Below are positions 9,791 through 18,323 of a stretch of DNA of 35,343 bases, one piece after another (the first letter of the stretch is position 1; every line of letters starts with the position of its first letter). The position numbers and the translations under genes are program-made. A model generated the notes under the pieces. It was not told where the DNA came from. It made no database searches and was given only the letters and a program-made list of their open reading frames with translations. Origin of the DNA: a virus (lineage: Duplodnaviria > Caudoviricetes); the IMG/VR virus record IMGVR_UViG_3300017771_000043, positions 1 through 35,343 of that record. One strand, given 5' to 3'.

Positions 9791-12117
9791 AGTACGCTCC
9801 CATTGCTGTTTCTAGCTGTATATGTGTTAGCACCAAAGTTTAAGTCTAGTGTAGCCAGTCCTACTACTTCTGACTTCAAGCCTGTCTTAATAGCTACAAA
9901 CTCTTCTGCTTGGTCTATTTCTTTGTCTGTTGATTCTTCGGCTCTTAGCACACACTGGTATAAGTTGCCCGCCAAAAAGTTACCAGTGCCAGTAAGTTCA
10001 GAAAATAACGATATTTGACCGCCTATTGCTCTTTGTACATAGACTGTATCAGAGTATTCCTGAGTGCCGTTAATACGAATCTTAGCGTCATCTTCAACTA
10101 AATCGTAAGTTAATACTTTGATAGCGTCAGCATCAGCCTCAAACTCACGCCACAACCCATCGTAGTAACCAATCTTACCTGCTGTGTCTGCACTGCCGCC
10201 TACTATAGTTCTGCCAACACCTATATCGAAAAGTAATCTAGCGCGTGTAGCTTCAGCATTAGTAGCACTATACCCAAACAAAGCAGTCAATGGAGTATTG
10301 CCTGATGTAAGGCTATTAATAGACATACAATCATTAATACCATCAAACTGTAGATAGTAAACAGACTTATAACCACTCTCTGTAATGTCGTAATCGTCTA
10401 CTACTTTTTGATAGCCTGTAGCTTCGTTGGCTTCTTCTAGTTGCGCTCCCCAGATAAGAATATCACTAGCGTATGTATCGCCACCATTATTTATGCCGAA
10501 TCTGCCAGTTGTTGATGAAGATGTAACAGTGTAGTCAAACCTTTGCCACTCTGAAGTTGCTGTTTGCTGACCGAGTATTACAGTGCCATTAAAATTGTAA
10601 AACAGACTAAAATTACTGGTGCCAGATGTTGATTTTATGTAAATAGAATAGGTATAAACACTGCCATTAGTAACTGGGATGCCACATTCAATATATGTGC
10701 TTCCTTGTGCAGGCATCTCTCATCTGTCAGCTGTTTGAGTACCATTAGGAGCAACGCCATAATTAGCTGTTACAACTGTGTTTGAGCCTTTATCATAAAA
10801 ACCATTATCAAACTCTTCTGTGTACTTTAACAGGTTAACTCTACCGCGTTCAGGATGCCTTGCGAATACAGGGCGTTTAGTAGAATCTGATTGTGTAGCG
10901 TGTGAGCCTTTTACTTCTTTGACAGATACATTATCAATAGTGAATGATACGCCATCGTTAGCGAATGTCATGAAGCGCAACTCTGGCGAGCCACTGCCTG
11001 CGGTAAATATGTATGAGAGTTCCCCTACCTCGTGCGAACCTGTTGGTGCTAAACTTGTGCCTGCATACCTTACATAAGCCAATCCAGTGCCTTGTGCATT
11101 GATATAATTAAATTTAAGGACATATGTTTTGCCTGCCGTTACGCCTGTTAGCTGTTGTGTTATGTACGCATTCGACCCTGCGCTCTCAACGTAAGCTACA
11201 CCATTACTTATATTAGATGCCGCGTCTGCTGAGTTAATAGCCCAGTTACTAGCTGAGCCGAACCCACCATTAGTTACTTCCTCATCGCCAAACGCTACAC
11301 CCTGAGACTTATCTAGCATAAGCCCTACAGACTGACCTAAGCCTGTTACAGGCGTTTTACCGTATTCGTTTTGATACAGTGTATGTTTAGGGAAAGCCTG
11401 CTTAAACGCATTATCAAACGTGCTACGGATAGGTTGATATTCTGTAGCTGTAGAGCCTTCTTCTAGCTGTGCGCCCCACACAAATACGCCATGCCCTGCT
11501 GTGCCCGCGTAATCTAAATTTATAATGCCATCACCGTTTCCGTCATTATGCGGACTAAAGCATGATGTTAAAGAGCCGCTTGTATGGCTTACAGTTACAC
11601 TGCACTTATACCACCCATTCCCAACTGATGTTATAGAATAAGAAGTGTTTGATGGAGAACCAAATGTTTCTGTATCAGACACAGTACCATTAACTAAATC
11701 AAATAAAACAGCAATCCTATCTGCTGAGCCATTTGCTCTAATTGTTAAAGCCGCATAATTACGCTCACTCGCTTTGAAGTGTGCGCTTAATGTATAAATG
11801 CCTGCGCTTAATGTAGTGCCGCGAAGTACAAAATGATATGTAGTATTTGTAGCTATCTCTGCTATTTTATCAGCAGTAGTTGTGCCGTCTGGCGCAACAG
11901 TTTGATTGCTATTAATGTTTAAGTTTTGCTTTGCCCAATAATTGTTATCAAAACTCTCTGTATACTCTAGTAAATTCCTACGCCAAGTTAGTGATGCTTC
12001 AACGTCACTAGGGTCATACCACACCCCTGCTTCACCATTGGAAAACAGTTTCTTTGGGGTAAAGCCTACCCCTGCTTTTGTAGCAAGCCTTTGTAATGAT
12101 ATGCCCGTATTTAACAT
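9787..12117 (-). CDS. Head-spike fibre protein; one reading frame interrupted by an in-frame TGA at 10720-10722
   Basis: ORFs 10720..12117 and 9787..10716 are in frame, separated by TGA GAG. The stop splits a repeat (RVNLLKYTEEFD..APNGTQTADR*..WGAQLEE) that is intact earlier in the same gene. Follows the spike-base gene. Confidence 0.7.
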
Positions 12118-12390
12118 TTAAACCACCAGTGCGTGAATACCAGATGCAGTAGTGCCTGTTGATTTAACGCGCTTAACAGAACACACAAGATAGAAGTTGT
12201 CAGGTACAGTAACTGTACGAGTGACGCCATCTTTATTGTCAAAAGATACATCACCTGCGTTAGTTACGTACAAGCCAACAGCAATGTTACCAGTGCCTAC
12301 GTTGTCCGTGCCGTCATTTGGTGTTACTGGGACCATATCGTAGACCATGCCGTGCAGCTCTACTGGTGACCCTTTAAATGGATTTGCCAT
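12118..12390 (-). CDS. Head spike base protein (RcGTA Rcc01079-like)
   Basis: 90 aa with motifs VTPND, GLYVxxAGDV and VKRVKSTGTTASGIHAL, characteristic of this family. Confidence 0.7.
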   Translation of the reverse strand: MANPFKGSPVELHGMVYDMVPVTPNDGTDNVGTGNIAVGLYVTNAGDVSFDNKDGVTRTVTVPDNFYLVCSVKRVKSTGTTASGIHALVV

Positions 12391-13276
12391 TGTTTTGCCT
12401 CTTAGTTAATTCACCTGTTCTGCGCCAGTATTTTACAACAGTATATGGCTGCAAGTTGTTGTGTGACTGACTGCCACCTGTACTAAATGTAGTTGTACCT
12501 GTAGTGCTTGAAGCATCAATATCACTGGACCTAGTGCTTGCCACTGTAACCGTGAGACTATTATCTACAAACATATCGCTCCTTTCAGGCACAGTGTTTT
12601 CTATATGCGTGTGTGCAGGCATCTCATCGACAGTCAATGTGTGTGTTTTATGACCATCTGTTTCATTGATGGTGTCAAAGTCAGTGTCTCCTGTATCCTG
12701 ACCTACTAGAACTCTACCTGCTGCATATGTTGACCATGTGCCATAAAAAGAAGTGTTAGGGTCGAATGAAGCCTCTGTTGTAGCGTATATACTTCCTACA
12801 GGATATATCTTATCCCACAAAGTATTTGTAATTGTTACGGCTAAATCAACTGCACCTGAGCCATCAAAGTCTACGCCAGCCGAGGTTGCTACATCTCCTG
12901 ATACGCTAAATGCTTGTGGCGTTGCTGTTGTAGTAGCAGTTGTAGCATTGCCTGTTACAGCACCAGTAAACGTAGCATCTGTGCCATCTGTGCCATTGTT
13001 TAACACTACAGTGCCGTCTGTAGCTTTTATGTCACCTTTTACATTACCTGTGATATCACCAGATGCAGATATGGTAGTAAATGCGCCTGTTGATGCTGAT
13101 GCTGCCCCTATAGGCGTACCGTCAATAGAGCCACCATTTATATCAATACCTGATACGCCTAGCGTCCCATCAAACAAGTCATCAGTCTTGTCCCAGTTTT
13201 CATTTAACTTTGTTCCCCATGTATCGTTGTCAGAACCGACAACAGGAAGATTGAATGAATATGTAGTAGTTGCCAT
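12374..13276 (-). CDS. Short tail fibre/baseplate-like protein with T4 gp10 C-terminal-like collar domain
   Basis: N-terminal LPVVGSDNDTWGTKLN anchor. C-terminal IYPVGSIY..GRVLVG..HTLTVDEMPAHTH..HNNLQPY..WRRT. The true stop may be at 12410-12412. Confidence 0.7.
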   Translation of the reverse strand: MATTTYSFNLPVVGSDNDTWGTKLNENWDKTDDLFDGTLGVSGIDINGGSIDGTPIGAASASTGAFTTISASGDITGNVKGDIKATDGTVVLNNGTDGTDATFTGAVTGNATTATTTATPQAFSVSGDVATSAGVDFDGSGAVDLAVTITNTLWDKIYPVGSIYATTEASFDPNTSFYGTWSTYAAGRVLVGQDTGDTDFDTINETDGHKTHTLTVDEMPAHTHIENTVPERSDMFVDNSLTVTVASTRSSDIDASSTTGTTTFSTGGSQSHNNLQPYTVVKYWRRTGELTKRQNNGKSI

Positions 13277-13279
13277 GTT

Positions 13280-13972
13280 TTAGCTCCAGCGAACGTGGTT
13301 TGCTCGTTTAGACCTGCTAGTATCTAAGCCTAGCTTTCTCATGCCTAAACTGTCAGGTGAGAATTTACCCTTCTCTGACGATTCATTAAGCTGCTTAACT
13401 GCAGCGCCATATAGTTGTGCCCATACAGCAATTCTTTCATCGTCTTGCAGATATGGTGCAGCGTGTAATAGTGAGCCATACAAATAGATATCTGGTGCTT
13501 CTGATAGCAGCCAGTTAGTTGTTGTGCTGTCTGACAATGCTGGCACTCTTTCCATGTAATCAATTGTTACAAACCCGCTACTGCTCGGTGCTGGCAATAT
13601 CTGTATAAAATGAGCTGGTACATTTGCATTGTTTTTAAATGAAAATATTTCAGGCGTGCCTAGCGTACCTTGTGCATTGTACTTTCTTTCAGCAAATACC
13701 TTGTTTGTTACAAAGTTTAATGACTTCATGTGTCCGCCATCAAACGCCCATGCTACACTGTTAGTTTCAAGATAGTTCTCAGGCAATATAGACTCACCAA
13801 CACCAGCGTTCGTATTAATTGCTGTAATTTTATCCATGCGCCAATGACGCACGTCACGGTTAATCTGCGCCTCAGCAAGACTGATGAATGACGGTATAAC
13901 AGTAGTTAAGTCTGTCCTGTTAAGAAAATCAGCAATACTGCTCTTTAACTCTGCAAATGTTGATATTGACAT
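13280..13972 (-). CDS. Head-tail adaptor / tail tubular protein A
   Basis: ELKSSIADFLNRTDL..IPSFISLAEAQINR and TNWLLSEAPDIYLYGSL..AAPYL.DDERI motifs of podovirus adaptors. Confidence 0.75.
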   Translation of the reverse strand: MSISTFAELKSSIADFLNRTDLTTVIPSFISLAEAQINRDVRHWRMDKITAINTNAGVGESILPENYLETNSVAWAFDGGHMKSLNFVTNKVFAERKYNAQGTLGTPEIFSFKNNANVPAHFIQILPAPSSSGFVTIDYMERVPALSDSTTTNWLLSEAPDIYLYGSLLHAAPYLQDDERIAVWAQLYGAAVKQLNESSEKGKFSPDSLGMRKLGLDTSRSKRANHVRWS

Positions 13973-13991
13973 TATTGGCTCCAGTAAGTCA

Positions 13992-14004
13992 GCCGATTAT
14001 AACA
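13992..14004 (-). promoter_or_regulatory. Extended -10 promoter (TGT-TATAAT-CGGC) for the tail operon
   Basis: Perfect TGnTATAAT in the intergenic gap, upstream of GGAG SD and the adaptor ATG. Confidence 0.6.
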
Positions 14005-14038
14005 AATTTATGGGTGTCACTGTTGTTTAAATAATCTA

Positions 14039-16186
14039 TCAAATAGGGCTGAACAAAGAGCCTATTAACCTTGCTGCTTGCTTGCCCTCATCTTCATCTA
14101 AGAAACTCTTACTAGTGAGTGGCTGCATTATATCCTGACCAGTTGTAGTAACTTGTGGCAGCCCAAAATACATAGCTGCTAAGTTTTCAGTCTTGAAGAA
14201 ATCAGCGCCCTCACCTATACCTTGTAACAGTCCTAGCCCCATTTCACCTACAGCTCTTCCTGTCCTATCTTTTGCATATGCTTGTAGGTTTTCGCTAGCT
14301 GGATTGTCTCGTCTTTCCTTACGTGACATGCCCTTTCTTGCTTCGCTCTCTGACATAGCCATAGCTTGCTCAGGTGTCATAGTGCCTGCTAACACAGCAG
14401 ATGCCATTACAGGCGCTATACCATACTTGCGTGTTATATCTATTAGCTTGTCATCGAATATAACAAAGTTATGTGTTTTGCCTTTAGGCGAGAAACGTGT
14501 CTGTGCGTCAGCATATTTGATGCCTTTGATACCTGCGTCACGCAATGCCTGAGACGCATAACCATCACCCTCTTCTTCTAAGTATCTTAATAGTGAGCCG
14601 CCAGTAGGATTGCTATCCATCATTCTTTCATAAAGAGCATCTTCAGCATATTCATGCCAATCAGTTTCAGCTAATAGTTTCTTTATCTTTTCTGGCTGGT
14701 CGTCTAAAGGCTCGTCAAAATTAAGCAGCTCATCTTGTGCAGCATCAATTTCAACTTCGTACATCTTGCCAAAGTTTGGCTTAGTCCCATCAGCCTTTGT
14801 GAATGCTTCCAACTCATCAGCTACTTGTTTAGCTAGTTCTCTGTAGTCTTCATCGTAATCAGTATCTTTGGCTAGCTCTTTGAAGTCTTTTGGTAAGTCG
14901 TGCATCATGGCGCGTTCGTACATTTCCATACGCCCAAAGTCTTGATTTTTCTCTGCGTTACTATACTGCTCTCCAAGCCAATCTTCATACTCCATGTCAC
15001 GCTTAGTCAATGCATCTCTATAGCTTTCTGCTGTCTTTCTGCGCTCAGCTAAGTATAGTCCGCGACCAAACGCCTGTGCGCCTTCGCCTGTGCCTATGTG
15101 GTCGCTTGAGAATTTATCGAAGTCATGCGGTGAGCCGTGAAATGCTTTAATCTTGTTTAGCACGCCTGCATCTGCCTCTTCAGGGGCGAACAGTGACATC
15201 AAGCCTAAAGCACCTGCGCTTGCGAGTAGGTTTGGGTTGTTAGGGTCTTTAAACTGTGCAAACCTAGATTTTACGTTTTCTGGCTGCAATGCAATATATG
15301 AGTATGGGCTTTCTTGATATACAGGGGTTTCATCTATAGACATTGACTCTGCTATCAAATCATCTTTTATCTGTGCTTCTTCAGCTGTCGTGTATGCGCT
15401 TGGCTTTGCTTCCATATACTGCTGTATTAACTCTTTATGATTAGGATTGTCAGGCTCTGGCACTTGTGGCATTCGGCTACGTATTTGTTTTTCTAACTTA
15501 TTAATAGCATCTTTTATTTTTTGTTTTCTTTGCATCCCTGCTTCGTTCAAGCCAGCACTATTTCCATAACTATTTTCTACCTCATTTAAGTATTTTATAG
15601 AGTCGTATCCTTTATCTCTAATTTCCTTGTTAACTTCTTCTAACAATCCTTTATTTTCAGGGCTAGAATAGAACGAATCATAGTCGCCATACTGACTTAA
15701 AGAAGTTTTTGCATCCTGTAGCATTGCATTAAGATGGCTTTGGTCAGATTGCCGAGCAAACTGTTTATTTTGTAACAGATTTTCGAGCACCTGTATGCTA
15801 GAGTTGAAATCTCCTACATCATCCATCTCTAAAGACTCCCCTAGACGCGCCTTCAATGGTATTACGTTTGCGCCTTCTTGGAAGTTTGTGCTGCCACCGC
15901 CATATCGACCATAGCTGCGTACATCTAATAGACGATTATTAGCCTGCTGCTCAGTCCCCAAATGTATACCCAAATCTACTTTACTTGGGTCAATCTCATC
16001 AAAGCTAGAATGTGTGCCGTGGTACAAGTCTTTCGTATACCCTGCATCAACAGCGCGCTGCATTCTTTCTATTTCTTGCGGTGACACGTTTAATAGATTT
16101 GTCTGCGCTGCCTGTGGCTGCTGAAGTAAATCTACAAGACCTTTCGCTAGTTGCTCGCCACGCTTACCTAAACCGAATAGACTCAT
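14039..16186 (-). CDS. Protein with two tandem ADP-ribosyltransferase-like (ART-PolyVal-type) domains; probable injected effector
   Basis: Domain 1: LYHGT..FDE..GIHLG..GYDSIKY..SYIAL..NVKSRFA. Domain 2: AFHGSPHDFDKF..IGTGEGAQAFGRGLY..MYEVEI..AGIKGIKY..NFVIFDD. Confidence 0.65.
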   Translation of the reverse strand: MSLFGLGKRGEQLAKGLVDLLQQPQAAQTNLLNVSPQEIERMQRAVDAGYTKDLYHGTHSSFDEIDPSKVDLGIHLGTEQQANNRLLDVRSYGRYGGGSTNFQEGANVIPLKARLGESLEMDDVGDFNSSIQVLENLLQNKQFARQSDQSHLNAMLQDAKTSLSQYGDYDSFYSSPENKGLLEEVNKEIRDKGYDSIKYLNEVENSYGNSAGLNEAGMQRKQKIKDAINKLEKQIRSRMPQVPEPDNPNHKELIQQYMEAKPSAYTTAEEAQIKDDLIAESMSIDETPVYQESPYSYIALQPENVKSRFAQFKDPNNPNLLASAGALGLMSLFAPEEADAGVLNKIKAFHGSPHDFDKFSSDHIGTGEGAQAFGRGLYLAERRKTAESYRDALTKRDMEYEDWLGEQYSNAEKNQDFGRMEMYERAMMHDLPKDFKELAKDTDYDEDYRELAKQVADELEAFTKADGTKPNFGKMYEVEIDAAQDELLNFDEPLDDQPEKIKKLLAETDWHEYAEDALYERMMDSNPTGGSLLRYLEEEGDGYASQALRDAGIKGIKYADAQTRFSPKGKTHNFVIFDDKLIDITRKYGIAPVMASAVLAGTMTPEQAMAMSESEARKGMSRKERRDNPASENLQAYAKDRTGRAVGEMGLGLLQGIGEGADFFKTENLAAMYFGLPQVTTTGQDIMQPLTSKSFLDEDEGKQAARLIGSLFSPI

Positions 16187-16209
16187 GAAAACACCCCTGT
16201 TAATTAACG

Positions 16210-16222
16210 GCTGATTATACCA
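16210..16222 (-). promoter_or_regulatory. Extended -10 promoter (TGG-TATAAT-CAGC) for the ART gene
   Basis: TGnTATAAT directly after the terL stop and about 27 nt before the ATG; GGGG SD. Confidence 0.6.
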
Positions 16223-16225
16223 CTT

Positions 16226-17524
16226 TTATACAATCCCTTGAAGGTTTCGTCTGATAGGCTCACCCCAGTTTGATGCGGGTCTATAACCTATAGCCAGATA
16301 CCTCATAGCATCAGCACAGTGACTGGTCCAATCATGCAATGGTCTTGAGCGCCACGTCATGCCCTTCTCATCGTATTCACGCCTGTACTGCCTCAACGCA
16401 TCAATGCCACGCTCGCACTTCTCAGCATCAAACCAGCAGCGTCCTAGCATACTTCTAACTGCCTGTATGCCATCATCAACATTTAACTGTGGTGCAATCT
16501 GTACTGGTCGCACCCCCAAGCTATCTAATGTTTCTAATCTACTTCTACCTGAGCCCAACTCCCTGACTCTTACATCGTGTGGCAAAATGTGCTGGTCGTA
16601 GATGTAGCCTTTCTCATTTAAGACCTTAGCGTAATGGTCCAGACCTACACCGCTACTCTCATAGTAGTCTATAAGCCTCACCTCTGCCCCCACCATCTGT
16701 GCAAACCAGATACTAGTGCTATCGCCCATCCCCAAGTCCCAAGCCGTTATAACGCCAACAGAGCTGTCGTAGGGCACGTTAGTCATACGCTCATTATGTG
16801 TGGCTTCACGCATCTCTACAGCGTAGTAAGCGCCCTCTGCATGGATAAGCATCTCACCTTCCCATATATGGTCATACAGGTCAGGTCTGTTTATCTTATC
16901 TTGCTGCCGCTCTTTATCTAGCACATCAGGGAAGTATGGATTGTCTCTCCAGTTAATCTCAGCAATCTTCATATCCTGTGGCGGATGCACTCTAAACCTT
17001 CTATGAGTAGCTGAATGCTTTGTCTCAGGGTTCCATGTTACCCATATCTCAGAGTTATCTTCACGGACCGTTGGTATTAGCTTCTGCCATGCAGTGTCAG
17101 ATACACCTTCTGCCTCATCTACCCAGCAGAGAATGATACGTGCTTTTGATTTGATAGAGTCTAGGTTGCGCCTAAGACCAGAGAACACATAGTTGATACG
17201 TCCACACTTTGACCTTATAAACTTTTCGCCTAGCTCATAGAAGTCATTTAGGAAGTCTACACCACGTATAGCTGACTTAACTTCTTCTAGGGATGATTCA
17301 TCGAGAGAGTTTAGGTGTTCAAGAGCACAGAGTATTTGTCCCTGCTTGCCTTCCATTGCCCACGTATAACCACGTACTGCTGTCATCAATGCAAAGGACC
17401 GTGTCTTAGCTGACCCTCTACCACCATATGCACACCTATATCTAGCTTCACCTTCAAAGATTTCTACAATCTTATGTGGCAGCTTAACACTGGTTGTGAC
17501 CTCTTTAGTCTTTTCCTTTGTCAT
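16226..17524 (-). CDS. terL: Terminase large subunit (PBSX-type)
   Basis: Walker A YGGRGSAKT, Walker B WVDEAE, TWNP motif, nuclease AWDLG and HDWTSHCADAMRY. Confidence 0.95.
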   Translation of the reverse strand: MTKEKTKEVTTSVKLPHKIVEIFEGEARYRCAYGGRGSAKTRSFALMTAVRGYTWAMEGKQGQILCALEHLNSLDESSLEEVKSAIRGVDFLNDFYELGEKFIRSKCGRINYVFSGLRRNLDSIKSKARIILCWVDEAEGVSDTAWQKLIPTVREDNSEIWVTWNPETKHSATHRRFRVHPPQDMKIAEINWRDNPYFPDVLDKERQQDKINRPDLYDHIWEGEMLIHAEGAYYAVEMREATHNERMTNVPYDSSVGVITAWDLGMGDSTSIWFAQMVGAEVRLIDYYESSGVGLDHYAKVLNEKGYIYDQHILPHDVRVRELGSGRSRLETLDSLGVRPVQIAPQLNVDDGIQAVRSMLGRCWFDAEKCERGIDALRQYRREYDEKGMTWRSRPLHDWTSHCADAMRYLAIGYRPASNWGEPIRRNLQGIV

Positions 17525-17924
17525 ACTCAGCTACCAACTTTACAACTGTGGGTTTGAAAGTATCGTCTGATGATGTGTGGTCTATCTGCTGCTTATCGCC
17601 ATACTTACGTGGAGCCATCCTTGCTACCTTCCACTTACGTGAATCAATACGTAGTTTAGCTTTAGCCAGCTCAGCATTCTCTGCTACATCTGACAGCTCG
17701 TCAGCAATATCTATTATCTCGTCTGCGTAAAAGTCTGCCTGACAGTCCCTCGCGCGCGCGTACTGCTCCGAAAACTGTACTTTGTCACTATCATTCAGCC
17801 ACTTCATTAACGTGCTCATAGCAGGCATACCTTCATCCCTACAGATTTGTCTGGCACTCTCGCCAGCTGCTAATCGTCTGCAGATGTCATCGCCTAACTC
17901 TGATGTAAATGTACTTGGTCGCAC
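17505..17924 (-). CDS. terS: Terminase small subunit
   Basis: RPS.F..EL.D.IC.RLA.GES..QIC....MP HTH and LRIDSRKW...RMAPRKYGDK motif. Directly upstream of terL. Confidence 0.9.
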   Translation of the reverse strand: MRPSTFTSELGDDICRRLAAGESARQICRDEGMPAMSTLMKWLNDSDKVQFSEQYARARDCQADFYADEIIDIADELSDVAENAELAKAKLRIDSRKWKVARMAPRKYGDKQQIDHTSSDDTFKPTVVKLVAEYDKGKD

Positions 17925-17925
17925 T

Positions 17926-18093
17926 CTATATCCTTACTTCAGTCTCTTCATAGGATTTCTCAATCCGTTGCTGCGCTAAATATACCACTTCTTCTAACAA
18001 CAGTGAATCACGGTCTGAGATTGCCTGAGCGAAGTCGTTAATCAACTCTAGGTCGGCTTCATGTATATCGTCATCTATAGTAACTCTAATCAT
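17926..18093 (-). CDS. Small acidic hypothetical protein (55 aa; not in ORF track)
   Basis: ATG 18093 to TAG 17926, MIRVTIDDDIHEADLELINDFAQAIS... Fills the gap exactly up to terS. Confidence 0.65.
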   Translation of the reverse strand: MIRVTIDDDIHEADLELINDFAQAISDRDSLLLEEVVYLAQQRIEKSYEETEVRI

Positions 18094-18105
18094 GTGCCGA
18101 TTATA
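18094..18105 (-). promoter_or_regulatory. -10 element TATAAT-CGGC, probable leaderless promoter for the packaging operon
   Basis: TATAAT lies 6 nt before the ATG at 18093. Same TATAATC(G/A)GC motif as at 13996 and 16214. Confidence 0.5.
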
Positions 18106-18107
18106 TC

Positions 18108-18323
18108 CTATTTAAGTCCGTACTCTAACTCTAACAGCAGCTCACAATAATGGATAATCTTCTTAATATCTTCAGCCCCATTCTTGTTCTTGTGTCGAGA
18201 AGCGTATTTAACAATGTTGCCTTCAATGTATGGCAGATTGTTTTTCGTTATGTACTCAATAGGCTGTATAGGCATATCGTAATGCTTACCGCCTTCCTGT
18301 TTCTTTAATGCGCTCTTCATCAC
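18108..18323 (-). CDS. DUF3310 / SaV-like small protein
   Basis: QEGGKHY...IQPIEYI...EGNIVKYASR...KNGAEDIKKIIHY signature. Confidence 0.85.
   Translation of the reverse strand: MMKSALKKQEGGKHYDMPIQPIEYITKNNLPYIEGNIVKYASRHKNKNGAEDIKKIIHYCELLLELEYGLK

Noticed and set aside
2074-12117. Genome-wide TGA recoding (code 4/25) or selenocysteine
   Set aside because: TGA terminates many genes through ATGA overlaps, TGG is used freely, only two internal TGAs occur, and no suppressor tRNA was seen. The positions are expected Trp or aliphatic, not Cys.
6940-12117. Diversity-generating retroelement or invertible fibre cassette
   Set aside because: The repeats are diverged protein-level paralogues. I saw no near-identical TR/VR pair, reverse transcriptase or invertase.
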